From Pedobacter sp. (GTDB taxonomy: Bacteria > Desulfobacterota > Desulfuromonadia > Desulfuromonadales > Syntrophotaleaceae): a stretch of 64,000 bases of DNA. Position numbers and translations under genes: made by a program. Of the stretch, positions 8,439-18,675 are shown piece after piece (the first letter of the stretch is position 1; every line of letters starts with the position of its first letter). The DNA is taken from positions 968,679 through 1,032,678 of the forward strand of contig JBFWJC010000001.1 of assembly GCA_050253415.1 (NCBI GenBank), written 5' to 3'. The notes beneath the pieces are model-generated. The model saw nothing but the letters and a program-made list of their open reading frames with translations, was not told the DNA's origin and did no database searches.

Positions 8439-10874
8439 CTATCCGAAGGCCACTTTGTATACATCATGGTAATCGCGGGCAAAATGGACGCTCAGGTCGG
8501 CCCGCAAGTGGTCGGGCAGTTCGTCGAAGTCCTTGCGGTTGGCTTCCGGCAGAATCACGGTGGTAATGCCGATGCGCTTGACGGCGAGGATCTTTTCCTT
8601 GACCCCACCGATGGGCAACACTTTGCCGGTCAGGGTCAGTTCCCCGGTCATGCCGAGCTTTTTGATAACCGGCTTGCCGGTAATCATGGACAGCAGCGCG
8701 GTCGCCATGGTGACGCCGGCCGACGGGCCATCCTTTGGGGTGGCGCCGGCCGGTACGTGCAAGTGAACAAAGTGCTTGTCAAAAAACTCCGGATCGATGC
8801 CGTACCCCTCAAGGTGCGCCATGACATAGGAATAGGCGATTTCCGAGCTTTCGACCATGACCTTGCCGAGTTGTCCGGTCTGCTTGAAGCCCTTGCCTTT
8901 GCTGGGCATGGCGGTCGCTTCGATCTGCAGGGTGGCACCGCCCATGCTGGTCCAGGCCAGCCCGGTGACGACGCCCGGCACATCCTCGAAAACCTCATCT
9001 TCGGTAAAGATGGGTTTGCCGAGGATAGTTTCCACATCTTTTTTACTGATAGTGATTTTCTCGGCATGCCCCTGCGTAATTTCCATAGCCGCGTGGCGCA
9101 TGATTTTTTTGATGCGGTTTTCCAGGCTTCGTACCCCGGCCTCGCGGGCATAACCGTCGATGATGGCGTGCAGGGCTTCTTTGCGGATCACCACCTGGCT
9201 CTTTTGCAGCCCGTGGTTTTCCAACGCCTTGGGGATCAGGTAGCGGCGGGCGATCTCCATTTTTTCTTCGAGGATGTAACCGGCCAGGCGGATGATCTCC
9301 ATGCGGTCGAGCAGCGGCGCCGGAATGGTGTCGAGCTGGTTGGCGGTGGCGACGAACAGCACGTTGGAGAGATCGAACGGCACATCCAGGTAGTGGTCGC
9401 GGAACGAGCTGTTCTGCTCGGGATCGAGTACCTCGAGCAGTGCCGAGGCCGGATCTCCCTGGAAGGAGGCACCGATCTTGTCGATTTCGTCGAGCATCAG
9501 CACCGGGTTGGCGGTGCCGGCGCTCTTCATGGCCTGGATGAAGCGGCCCGGCATGGCACCGATATAGGTACGGCGATGCCCTTTGATCTCGGCTTCATCG
9601 CGCATGCCACCGAGGGAGAAACGGTAAAAGGTCCGGTTCAGCGCCGAGGCGATACTCTTGCCGATGGAGGTCTTGCCGACCCCCGGCGGACCGACCAGAC
9701 ACAGAATCGAACCGGAAATGTCCCCCTTAAGCTTGCCGACGGCGATGAACTCGAGGATCCGGTCCTTGACGTCCTGCAGGCCGTAATGGTCCCGATCGAG
9801 AACGCGTCTGGCTCGCTCGATGTTGTAGTTGTCCTTGCTGTTTTTGCCCCAGGGCAGGATGGTCAGCCAGTCGAGGTAATTGCGCGAAACGTTGTACTCC
9901 GGCGAAGACGGTTCGATAAGCCGCAGCTTTTCGATTTCCTCATCGATGGCTTTTTGCGCATCCTGATTCGGGGTCAGTTTGGCCAGACGTTTCTGGAACT
10001 TTTCGATCTCGCTGACCTTACCTTCCTTTTCCAGCCCGAGTTCTTTTTTAATGGCCTTAAGCTGTTCACGCAGGAAGAATTCACGCTGTTGGGCACTGAT
10101 CTTCTGCTCGATCTGCTTGGAAATCTTGGTCTGCAGGCGCGATACTTCCAGCTCCTTTTTCAGCAGTACCAGTACCTTGTCGATGCGCTTGCGCACGTCG
10201 ATAGTCTCGAGGATCTCCTGCAGCAGTTGCCCGTCGCTGGCGGTCAGGTTGGCGGCAAAGTCGGTCAGTCTGCCCGGGTCATCCATGCTCTGGCGGTTGA
10301 GGAACATTTTGATCTCTTCGCTGTAAAGCGGATTGATCTGCACCAGTTCCTTCAGGGCACTGATGATTGCCATGGAATAGGCTTTCAGCTCCGGGTTGAC
10401 CGACAACTCGGTGGCATAATGGTATTCCACCCGGGCGAACAGGCCATCCTCCGATTCGGTCAGCTCACGGATGGAAAAACGCTCCAGGCAATTGACCAGC
10501 AGATGGATGCTGTCGTCATCGGAGTGCAGGACTTTCATTATCCGCCCGACCACGCCGAAGTTATGCAGGTTTTCCCGGCTGTCGGGCTCTTCGACCTCTT
10601 TTGCCAGTACCAGGCCCATCATTTTGTTCGGCGTATCCACGGCGCGTTTGGCCAGAGCGACATGCCGGTCGCCGGTAAACACCATCGGTGTCAGAATGCC
10701 GGGGAAGGCCGGACGCGGTCGTAGCGGAATAATCGGCAGGGTCGCAGGCAGCAGGTCGGTGGCTACCACCAGGCCTTCCCGTGGTTCATCCGAATCGTTG
10801 GTATCTTCAGGGCTGAAGTCAGCCTCTATGGGGTTGTCGTGTTCTTCTTCCATGTTGTCCCGGTCATCAGTCAT
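8439..10874 (-). CDS. lon: ATP-dependent Lon protease
   Basis: Walker A GPPGVGKTS, GHRRTYIGAMPG, DEIDK and PKDGPSAG (catalytic Ser). Confidence 0.97.
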   Translation of the reverse strand: MTDDRDNMEEEHDNPIEADFSPEDTNDSDEPREGLVVATDLLPATLPIIPLRPRPAFPGILTPMVFTGDRHVALAKRAVDTPNKMMGLVLAKEVEEPDSRENLHNFGVVGRIMKVLHSDDDSIHLLVNCLERFSIRELTESEDGLFARVEYHYATELSVNPELKAYSMAIISALKELVQINPLYSEEIKMFLNRQSMDDPGRLTDFAANLTASDGQLLQEILETIDVRKRIDKVLVLLKKELEVSRLQTKISKQIEQKISAQQREFFLREQLKAIKKELGLEKEGKVSEIEKFQKRLAKLTPNQDAQKAIDEEIEKLRLIEPSSPEYNVSRNYLDWLTILPWGKNSKDNYNIERARRVLDRDHYGLQDVKDRILEFIAVGKLKGDISGSILCLVGPPGVGKTSIGKSIASALNRTFYRFSLGGMRDEAEIKGHRRTYIGAMPGRFIQAMKSAGTANPVLMLDEIDKIGASFQGDPASALLEVLDPEQNSSFRDHYLDVPFDLSNVLFVATANQLDTIPAPLLDRMEIIRLAGYILEEKMEIARRYLIPKALENHGLQKSQVVIRKEALHAIIDGYAREAGVRSLENRIKKIMRHAAMEITQGHAEKITISKKDVETILGKPIFTEDEVFEDVPGVVTGLAWTSMGGATLQIEATAMPSKGKGFKQTGQLGKVMVESSEIAYSYVMAHLEGYGIDPEFFDKHFVHLHVPAGATPKDGPSAGVTMATALLSMITGKPVIKKLGMTGELTLTGKVLPIGGVKEKILAVKRIGITTVILPEANRKDFDELPDHLRADLSVHFARDYHDVYKVAFG

Positions 10875-10912
10875 GGTGAGGTCTCCTTGTGGGGTATCGG
10901 GATATAAAGGGC

Positions 10913-10941
10913 AACCTAATCATTAAGCGGACGGTTGTCAA
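10913..10941 (-). promoter_or_regulatory. Putative sigma70 promoter for lon
   Basis: TTGACA-17 nt-TAGGTT on the minus strand. Confidence 0.4.
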
Positions 10942-11150
10942 CCGTCATGCACTACACTGTTTGTGGAACCAGTCGGTGGTCTTTCGTTACGGCTATGAAC
11001 AAAAAAACCGGCGTTGCGGGCAGAACGCGTTGCCATGCTGGAAAGCTGTTTTTCCATGGTCGATCTGATTGATGGCAGGCTCTTTTTCAGGCAGGGACGC
11101 GTGGGTAGCGAACCGTACGGAGAAAAGCAGGTCAGCCATCTGGAAGAGAA

Positions 11151-11351
11151 TTAAAGGATATTTTGATTGAGGTCAAAAAGCAAGCGGCAAAGCTCCTCTT
11201 GTTTTGCATAGTTAGCCATGAAAACGGCTTTTTCAGATGGCGCAACATCCGCCCGGGCTTTTACCGCAGTTGTCACGGCCCGTGCTTGCTGCGATTGCTT
11301 TTTAAGGACGTGTGGGATAATGTTGAGACTCGTATCGTACCGGATATTCAT
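11151..11351 (-). CDS. Possible small hypothetical protein (66 aa)
   Basis: ORF fills part of the lon-polA gap; no clear RBS or recognisable motif. Confidence 0.3.
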   Translation of the reverse strand: MNIRYDTSLNIIPHVLKKQSQQARAVTTAVKARADVAPSEKAVFMANYAKQEELCRLLFDLNQNIL

Positions 11352-11379
11352 GCAGTTTTGTTTCGAGGGAATTTAATTC

Positions 11380-14055
11380 ATGACTGACCAGCTCAAACGC
11401 ATCTACCTTATCGACGGTTCTTCATATATCTATCGGGCTTATTACGCCATTCGCCAGTTGTCCAACTCCAAGGGGTTGGCGACCAATGCCGTATTCGGCT
11501 TTACCAATATGCTGCTCAAGGTGGTTCGTGACGAACAGCCCGACCACCTGGCGGTGATTTTTGATGCCAAGGGGCCGACATTTCGCAAGGAACTTTATCC
11601 TGAATACAAGGCCAACCGCTCCGCCATGCCTGAAGATCTGCGTCCGCAGATCCCCATCATCAAGCAGTTGGTGCAGGCTTTCAACATGCCGGGCCTGGAG
11701 CTGGAGGGCTACGAGGCGGACGATATCATCGCCACCCTGGCGCGTCGCTTCGCCGAACGGGGCATGGCGGTTACCGTGGTGACTGGCGACAAGGACCTGA
11801 TGCAGATCGTCGGTCCGCAGGTACGTCTGCTCGACACCATGAAGGACCAGGTGGTCGGCCTGCCTGAAGTGGCCGAGCGATTCGGCGGTACCCCCGACAA
11901 GGTGGTGGAGGTGCAGGCGTTGGCCGGCGACAGTTCCGATAATGTGCCGGGAGTGCCGGGAATCGGGGAAAAAACCGCGCGTGCGCTGATTGAGCAATTC
12001 GGCACGGTGGAAAACCTGCTAGCCAACATCGACCAGGTAGCGGGCAAAAAACGCCAGGAGAACCTGCGCCAGTTCGGTGAACAGGCCCGTTTGTCGAAAA
12101 CGCTGGTCACGCTGTTGGATGATTTGCCTCTGGATGTGGATTACGACAATTTTGTGCTCAGCGAACCGAACCGCGAGGCGCTCACGGCCCTGTTCAAAGA
12201 GTTGGAGTTTCATAAACTGCTGCAGGAGTTTTCCAGCGATGAGCGGGCCAGCGGCGAGGGCTACCGGACCGTTGCCAACGAGGCGCAGCTGGATGATCTG
12301 GTGCGCGCCCTGAAGCAGGCCGGACGTTTCGCCTTTGACACGGAAACCACCAGCCTTGTCGCCACTCTTGCCGACCTGGTCGGCCTTTCGTTTTCGGTCA
12401 AGCCCGGGGAAGGCTGGTATCTGCCGGTGGGACATCGCTACCTGGGAGTGCCGGAACAGCTTGATCGCACTCTGGTGATCGATACGTTGCGACCGTTGAT
12501 GGCCGATCCGCAGCTGGCCAAGATTGCCCAGAACGCCAAGTACGATCTGCTGGTGCTGCGTCGCGCCGGGCTGGAGGTGGCGGGGCTGAGCTGCGATACC
12601 ATGCTGGCTTCCTATCTGGCTAATCCGGCGGCTAAGTCCCACGGGCTCGACAATCTGGCGGCGGAGTTGCTCGGATATCGCACGATCAGCTACACCGAGA
12701 TGACCGGCAAGGGGAAGAATCAGATCGGGTTCGAAGAAGTTGAGGTGGAAAAGGCCACGGTTTACGCGGCCGAAGATGCCGATATCACCTTGCGTCTGGC
12801 CGACAAGTTGGAGCCGCAGTTGGTTGATACACAGCAGGACCAATTGTTTCGCGAGTTGGAAATGCCTCTCGTGACGGTGCTGACCGACATGGAGTGGCAG
12901 GGGGTGCGTATCGATGCCGATTTTCTGCAGGGACTGTCGACGGATATGGAGGCGCGGCTGGCGGTATTGGAAAAGCACATCCACGAACTTGCCGGCCGGC
13001 CGTTTAACGTCGGATCGCCCAAGCAACTCGGCGAGGTGCTGTTCGAGCATCTGAAACTGCCGCGCGGCAAAAAGACCAAGACCGGCTGGTCCACCGATGT
13101 TGAAGTTCTCACCGAACTGGCGGAGGAACATGCTATTGCCGCGCAGGTACTTGATTACCGCTCCGTAGCCAAGCTCAAGAGCACCTATTGCGATGCGCTG
13201 CCCAAGTTGATCAATCCCGACACCGGCCGCATTCATACGTCGTTCAACCAGGCGGTGACCGCTACTGGACGGCTTTCCTCGAGCGACCCGAACCTGCAGA
13301 ATATTCCCATTCGCAGTGAAGAGGGGCGCCGCATCCGCGAAGCGTTTGTGCCGGCCGAGGGGAATGTGTTGCTGGCCGCCGACTATTCCCAGGTGGAATT
13401 GCGCATTCTGGCCCACATGGCCGATGAACCGGCCCTTAAGGAAAGTTTTGCCCGCGGCGAGGATATCCACACCCGCACTGCCAGCGAGATTTTTGACGTG
13501 TTTCTGGAGATGGTCACGCCGGATATGCGCCGTCAGGCCAAGACCATCAATTTCGGAGTGCTGTACGGCATGAGCGCCTTCGGACTGGCCAAGTCCCTCG
13601 GCATCGGCCGCAAGGAAGCGCAGACCTATATCGATCATTATTTTTCCCGTTATCCCCGGGTTCTGGCGTTCATGGAGACAAAAAAAGCCGAAGCCCGCGA
13701 TAAACTGTATGTCACAACCCTGCTCGGCCGGCGTTGCGCGGTACCGGAGATCGCCAGTAAAAATGGCGCGATACGTGGTTATGCCGAGCGCAATGCCATC
13801 AATTACCCGATCCAGGGCTCGGCGGCCGATATCATCAAGGTTGCCATGGTGCGGATTCATGAACGCCTGAAGGCCGAGAACCTGCAAGCCAAGATGGTAC
13901 TGCAGGTGCATGACGAACTGGTGTTCGATGTTCCCGTTGCCGAACAGACCGCTGTGGAAAAACTGGTGCGGCAGGAGATGGAGCATGCCGTCGAGTTGGA
14001 CGTGCCGCTGCTGGTCGATATGGGGTGGGGGCGCAACTGGCGCGAAGCGCATTGA
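11380..14055 (+). CDS. polA: DNA polymerase I
   Basis: 5'-3' exonuclease (LIDGSS, EADD, GDSSDN), 3'-5' exonuclease (FDTET), and polymerase motifs DYSQVELR, KTINFGVLYG and QVHDEL. Confidence 0.98.
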   Translation: MTDQLKRIYLIDGSSYIYRAYYAIRQLSNSKGLATNAVFGFTNMLLKVVRDEQPDHLAVIFDAKGPTFRKELYPEYKANRSAMPEDLRPQIPIIKQLVQAFNMPGLELEGYEADDIIATLARRFAERGMAVTVVTGDKDLMQIVGPQVRLLDTMKDQVVGLPEVAERFGGTPDKVVEVQALAGDSSDNVPGVPGIGEKTARALIEQFGTVENLLANIDQVAGKKRQENLRQFGEQARLSKTLVTLLDDLPLDVDYDNFVLSEPNREALTALFKELEFHKLLQEFSSDERASGEGYRTVANEAQLDDLVRALKQAGRFAFDTETTSLVATLADLVGLSFSVKPGEGWYLPVGHRYLGVPEQLDRTLVIDTLRPLMADPQLAKIAQNAKYDLLVLRRAGLEVAGLSCDTMLASYLANPAAKSHGLDNLAAELLGYRTISYTEMTGKGKNQIGFEEVEVEKATVYAAEDADITLRLADKLEPQLVDTQQDQLFRELEMPLVTVLTDMEWQGVRIDADFLQGLSTDMEARLAVLEKHIHELAGRPFNVGSPKQLGEVLFEHLKLPRGKKTKTGWSTDVEVLTELAEEHAIAAQVLDYRSVAKLKSTYCDALPKLINPDTGRIHTSFNQAVTATGRLSSSDPNLQNIPIRSEEGRRIREAFVPAEGNVLLAADYSQVELRILAHMADEPALKESFARGEDIHTRTASEIFDVFLEMVTPDMRRQAKTINFGVLYGMSAFGLAKSLGIGRKEAQTYIDHYFSRYPRVLAFMETKKAEARDKLYVTTLLGRRCAVPEIASKNGAIRGYAERNAINYPIQGSAADIIKVAMVRIHERLKAENLQAKMVLQVHDELVFDVPVAEQTAVEKLVRQEMEHAVELDVPLLVDMGWGRNWREAH

Positions 14056-14146
14056 TAGTCCGTGGGCGGCTCTGGCTGCCCATTGATTTCCATTTAGGAA
14101 AAAGGCCGGTTCCGGATAAAACTTTTGTCGCCATCGGGGGCGCCGC

Positions 14147-17100
14147 ATGAAGTTGGCTCGCCGCAAAGGCCTGCTGTCGCTGATTGTTCTCCTGCTCATC
14201 CTGTCGGGGCTGATGCTGGGGATAACAGTGCTGTTTTCCGACCGGTTTCTCGATGGCGTGGTGCGTCCTCGCCTTGAACGTCTGGCTGCCGAGAAGTTGC
14301 ACGCCGAGGTAGCGGCCCGCCGGTTGGTCTGGGAGGATGGCGGACTGACACTCACCGGGCTGTCGGTGCGGCGTCCCGACCGGTACCGTGCCACCTTGGC
14401 GCGACTGCGGGTAATTCCGGCGCTGCGTGATCTGTTGCGGCGGCGCCTGACCGCCGTTGAGTTTTTCTCGCCCGCTATCGAAATGACCCCCGGACCGCCA
14501 TCCGATACCCCTTTCGCCATCCCCGCCGAACTGCCTTTTACAGTCGGGACTTTGACCATGCGCGATGGTCGCTTCGCGTATGTCCATCCGATTCACCCTT
14601 TTTCTCTGCAAGACCTCAACTTTTCACTGCGCGGTGGCGCCGAGTTCGATTTTGCCCTTACCGGACGACTGATGGCAGAGTCCCCTATCGCTATTGAAGC
14701 CGGCGGAGCGGGGCGCTGGCACAATGGTGTGCGGTTGACCGTATCTGCGCTGAAATGGCAGCAGCGCGCATTGCTTAAGGAGCCGGTCACTCTGGAGTTT
14801 CCGGCCGGGCAGGGTAGTGGCCGTTTGCAGGTGGCGCTTGGTTTTGACGCGGTGTCGCGCAGTGACCTGGAACTCTGGCTGTCGGCCTTTTCCTTCCCTT
14901 CGCCTTTACCCCCGTTCTGGGACTTTTCCCTGAACACGGTACGCGTTGCGGTCGACTGGCAATCTGGCGTTCTGGACGCCGCTTTATCGACTGCAGCGGG
15001 ACAATTAAGCCGTCCCGGTTTCCAGGTGCCGCTTGCGTCGTTGGGACTCGCCGCGCACTTGCAGGACGGCCAGTGGCAGGGTACAGGGGAGTTTGCCCTG
15101 CTGGGAGACGCGGCTGGTACGTTTCGGTTTAAGTCTGGAACCTCGGCGCTGCAAGGGATGCTGAGTCTGTCTGTGGATGATCCCGTACGCTTGCAGCAGC
15201 TGGTGTGGGGGCGTGTTCCCTTGTCCGTGGCGGGCGCTGCCGATCTTGAAGCCGAAGGGGGGATGCAAGACGGGGCTATCTCGCTGTCTTTTGCGTTGCA
15301 GGGTAAACCCGGCCGCAGAAAGCCGGCCGGAGCGGTGGTCGATATTTCCGCACTGACGCTGAAGGGAACCCTGAAAAACCCCAAGAATACCTGGCATGCG
15401 AATGCACAGGCGCTGCTGGCCGGAAAGCCGTTGGCAAACCTGAGCGGCGACATGCAGCAACTGCGCCTTGAGCTGCTGCCCAACTCCTGGTCGCAGTTGC
15501 GCAGATTGATGGTGGGGCAACGTCAGCCGCCTTGGTTTCTGGATGCGCAAAACATAGCTGCCCGGGCGCTGATGACAAACAGTAAACAAGGTTGGCGGGC
15601 GGATGCAACCCTGCACGCCGGTCGGATTGCAACAACCCAGGGAAGCCTGCATGACCTGGATCTGACTGGAGGTGTTGCCCTCCGGGGGGCGCGAATCAAC
15701 GTCACCGCCGCCAGTTTGCGCACGCGTCTTGCCCACGATCGGCTCGGTGAAGGCGCTTTGCAGACCCGCTTTGATGCACGTTTGGAGCAAGGGGCCTGGC
15801 AGGTGCATTTTGCGGACCTCGATCTCGGTCCGATGGACCTGATGAGCCCCGATGGGCTGGCCGGTGTGGCGGGTGGGCGAATTCACCTTCAGGGCCTGGT
15901 TTGCCAAGCCGGTTCCAGCCAACCCCTGGAGATGCGCGTGGATGGCCGGGTCTCCGCCACCGAGGCCTTGTGGGGTGCCTGGTATGGGGAACTGGGGGCG
16001 ATGCCGATCGATGTGGCGGTGTTTGGTAGTTGGCATCCGGAAACATCGCGGCTGGAGTTGATCGACCTTAAGCTGGGGGTTGCGGAGCTGGGTACTACGG
16101 TGCACGCCCAGGGGGAACGCTCTGCCGATAGCTTGACTCTTGACGGGACCCTGAAAATTGCCGACCTGACCAAGGCCTGGGATGGTCGGGGGCGTGACCT
16201 TCTGCGCGAACTGCGTCCTGCGCTGGCCGATCTCGGTCTGTCCGGTGCCCTGGAGGCGGATATTGCGCTGAGAGGCAAACCCGGTAACTGGCATCTGCAG
16301 GGGGAGACGCGGCTGCAAAACCTTGAGGTTGACTGGCCACGTGCCAGGTTGACGGTTAAAGGCGGATACGGACGTATCCCGCTGGATTTGGCGCTGCCGG
16401 GCATCGATCGGCCCAAACAACCGGTGCGAGGGGGACAGTTGTCGTTTGCCCAGCTGAGTTGCGGTCCGATGCGTCTGGCGGACGCGCCCCTGCGTTTGTC
16501 CGTCGGTACCAATCGGTTTGGTTTGGATAATGCTCTGCGCCTGTCGGTGGGCGGTGGGCAGCTGACCGTAGAACAACTGCAGGCCGGCTACGCAAGCAGC
16601 GGTCTGCAGTTGGAGACCCGTATCCGCCTGGCAGGAATCGACCTGCAACTCCTTACGTCCGAGCTCGGTGTCGTCCCCATGCAAGGGGCCATTAACGCCG
16701 ATCTGGGGCACATCCGCTATGCGGATAAAGTCTTGCGGTCGGATGGTGAATTGCGCATCGAAGCCTTCGGTGGTGACCTGCGGTTAAACAACCTGCAATT
16801 GGATCCTTTTTCTCTGGGGCTCCCGCAACTTAAAGGTGATGTGACGTTTGACGGCATCGATCTGTTCCTGCTGACCCAGACTTTCTCCTTCGGCGCCATC
16901 CATGGGGTGGTCGATGGACAGGTGCATGGCCTGCGGTTGTACGGAACCACGCCGTCCCATTTTTCCGGGAGATTGCAAACCCGCCTTGAAGGCAAACGTA
17001 ATATCAGCGTCAAGGCCTTGAACAACTTAGCCATCCTTAGTCAGGGCGGTTTGTCTGCGGCTCTTTCGCGGGGTATTTACCGGTTTATCGATTTTTACCG

Positions 17101-17308
17101 GTATCGGCGCATAGGTATTCAATGTGAATTGGCGGAAGATGTCTTTACGCTGCGCGGTACCGCCCGTCCGGACAGTCGAAGGTATCTGGTGGATGGCGGG
17201 GTGCTTCCGCCCAAGATCGATATCCTCGCATCGGAGCAGCCTATTTCCTTTCGTGAGATGCTGCGACGCCTGAAACGCCTCGACCGCGCAGGCCGGCGCA
17301 CCAATTGA
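14147..17308 (+). CDS. YdbH/AsmA-like intermembrane bridge protein
   Basis: N-terminal TM anchor, about 1000 aa of beta-strand-like sequence, and position directly upstream of a YdbL-like gene. Confidence 0.6.
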   Translation: MKLARRKGLLSLIVLLLILSGLMLGITVLFSDRFLDGVVRPRLERLAAEKLHAEVAARRLVWEDGGLTLTGLSVRRPDRYRATLARLRVIPALRDLLRRRLTAVEFFSPAIEMTPGPPSDTPFAIPAELPFTVGTLTMRDGRFAYVHPIHPFSLQDLNFSLRGGAEFDFALTGRLMAESPIAIEAGGAGRWHNGVRLTVSALKWQQRALLKEPVTLEFPAGQGSGRLQVALGFDAVSRSDLELWLSAFSFPSPLPPFWDFSLNTVRVAVDWQSGVLDAALSTAAGQLSRPGFQVPLASLGLAAHLQDGQWQGTGEFALLGDAAGTFRFKSGTSALQGMLSLSVDDPVRLQQLVWGRVPLSVAGAADLEAEGGMQDGAISLSFALQGKPGRRKPAGAVVDISALTLKGTLKNPKNTWHANAQALLAGKPLANLSGDMQQLRLELLPNSWSQLRRLMVGQRQPPWFLDAQNIAARALMTNSKQGWRADATLHAGRIATTQGSLHDLDLTGGVALRGARINVTAASLRTRLAHDRLGEGALQTRFDARLEQGAWQVHFADLDLGPMDLMSPDGLAGVAGGRIHLQGLVCQAGSSQPLEMRVDGRVSATEALWGAWYGELGAMPIDVAVFGSWHPETSRLELIDLKLGVAELGTTVHAQGERSADSLTLDGTLKIADLTKAWDGRGRDLLRELRPALADLGLSGALEADIALRGKPGNWHLQGETRLQNLEVDWPRARLTVKGGYGRIPLDLALPGIDRPKQPVRGGQLSFAQLSCGPMRLADAPLRLSVGTNRFGLDNALRLSVGGGQLTVEQLQAGYASSGLQLETRIRLAGIDLQLLTSELGVVPMQGAINADLGHIRYADKVLRSDGELRIEAFGGDLRLNNLQLDPFSLGLPQLKGDVTFDGIDLFLLTQTFSFGAIHGVVDGQVHGLRLYGTTPSHFSGRLQTRLEGKRNISVKALNNLAILSQGGLSAALSRGIYRFIDFYRYRRIGIQCELAEDVFTLRGTARPDSRRYLVDGGVLPPKIDILASEQPISFREMLRRLKRLDRAGRRTN

Positions 17309-17389
17309 TTTTGTCCTGATGCGGCGATATAGTGAAACATGCGAAAGAACTTAAAACCTTAAACTGGATTGCGATTACGGAGAGGATCT

Positions 17390-18004
17390 ATGAAAAAGCG
17401 TTCTCTGGTCTGTTCGATGCTGGCTCTTTGTATGGTGGCGGCTTGCGTGACCATCAATATCTATTTCCCTGCCGAAGAGGTGCGCAACGCGGCCGACCGG
17501 ATCGTTAACGAGGTCTGGGGTGAGCGTGATAACCAGCCGGCGCCGACAACGCCGGAACCGGCTGCCGAAGCCGGGCCGACCAGTCTACTGAAAATGCTTG
17601 TCGGTCCCTCTACGGCCTGGGCGGCTGGTGGCGTTAACGGCGAGGATATCAATATTACCACGCCCCAGATTCGCGCGATCAAGGATTCCATGAAGCAGCG
17701 TACCGGCGATTTGCGCCCCTATCTCGATGCCGGACAGATAGGAATCGGGCAGGATGGGTTGCTCAAGGTAAGAACCCTGGAGGGTCTCGATCTGCGTGGG
17801 CGAGGGCAGGCACAGCGCCTGGTGAATGCTGAAAATCAGGATCGCCTGCGCCTGTATAACGAGATCTCCAATGAGATCGCCAAAAATCCCAATCGTACCG
17901 CTACGCCAGCGCAGGTACAGGATGTTTTTGCCGAATCCTGGCAGAACCAGGCGGCTTCCGGTTGGTATATCGAGACAGCCAGCGGTAGTTGGAAACGCAG
18001 ATAG
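17390..18004 (+). CDS. Lipoprotein of the YdbL/DUF1318 family with a YnbE-like N-terminus
   Basis: Lipobox VAAC followed by VTINIYF; LVNAENQDRLRLYNEI and FAESW...GWY...W. Confidence 0.75.
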   Translation: MKKRSLVCSMLALCMVAACVTINIYFPAEEVRNAADRIVNEVWGERDNQPAPTTPEPAAEAGPTSLLKMLVGPSTAWAAGGVNGEDINITTPQIRAIKDSMKQRTGDLRPYLDAGQIGIGQDGLLKVRTLEGLDLRGRGQAQRLVNAENQDRLRLYNEISNEIAKNPNRTATPAQVQDVFAESWQNQAASGWYIETASGSWKRR

Positions 18005-18084
18005 TTTCTACCCGTCCAAAACGGCGGATGCCACACAGGAAGTCAGATCCTGTGTGGCATCCTTTTGCCGTCGTGAGGCTTTCT

Positions 18085-18582
18085 ATGACGCGACAAGCAA
18101 AGCGCAACGAACAGGGCAGTGCGCTACTTATGGTGTTGATGGCCATTGTGGTTATGGGCCTGACGCTGGGAGTTGCAGGAAGTTCCTGGAAGACCATCGT
18201 ACAACGGGAGCGCGAGCAAGAGCTGTATTTTCGCGGCGACCAATATCGGCGAGCCATTGCCGATTATCATAACGCCTGGGGTGTTTATCCCAAGCGGCTG
18301 GAGGATTTGCTCGAAGATCGTCGCGCCCTTTATGTGCAGCGTCACATTCGGCGTCTATATTCTGACCCCATGACGGGGAGGCCTTTCGAGCTGGTCCGTG
18401 ATGATGCCGGGACCATAAAAGGGGTTTATAGCGCCGACGAGGGCCAACCTTTCCGTCGAGACGGTTTTCCCCCTGAGTACGAAGCCTTTGTCAAGGCCAC
18501 CAGCTATCGGGACTGGGTGTTTCTGTTCGAGCCGGGACAGGATCAGGAGGGGACGCAAGAACCCGTGGATTCGGCTCGGTAA
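18085..18582 (+). CDS. Type II secretion pseudopilin-like protein
   Basis: RNEQG|SALL followed by a hydrophobic helix; REREQELYFRG, YPKRLEDLL and RRLYSDPMTG. Confidence 0.7.
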   Translation: MTRQAKRNEQGSALLMVLMAIVVMGLTLGVAGSSWKTIVQREREQELYFRGDQYRRAIADYHNAWGVYPKRLEDLLEDRRALYVQRHIRRLYSDPMTGRPFELVRDDAGTIKGVYSADEGQPFRRDGFPPEYEAFVKATSYRDWVFLFEPGQDQEGTQEPVDSAR

Positions 18583-18607
18583 GCGCGTTGAAGGCATTTG
18601 TGAGGCG

Positions 18608-18637
18608 TTGACATTGAACGAGACGTGGTGTTATCTT
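18608..18637 (+). promoter_or_regulatory. Putative sigma70 promoter for mgtE
   Basis: TTGACA-18 nt-TATCTT with an extended -10 TG. Confidence 0.5.
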
Positions 18638-18675
18638 CTTGTGTTTTGAATATGTTTTTATGAGAGGGGGGCGCC

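Noticed and set aside
8466..10724. 752-aa plus-strand ORF
   Set aside because: Antisense shadow of lon in GC-rich DNA, with no motifs.
12019..14559. 846-aa minus-strand ORF
   Set aside because: Antisense shadow of polA.
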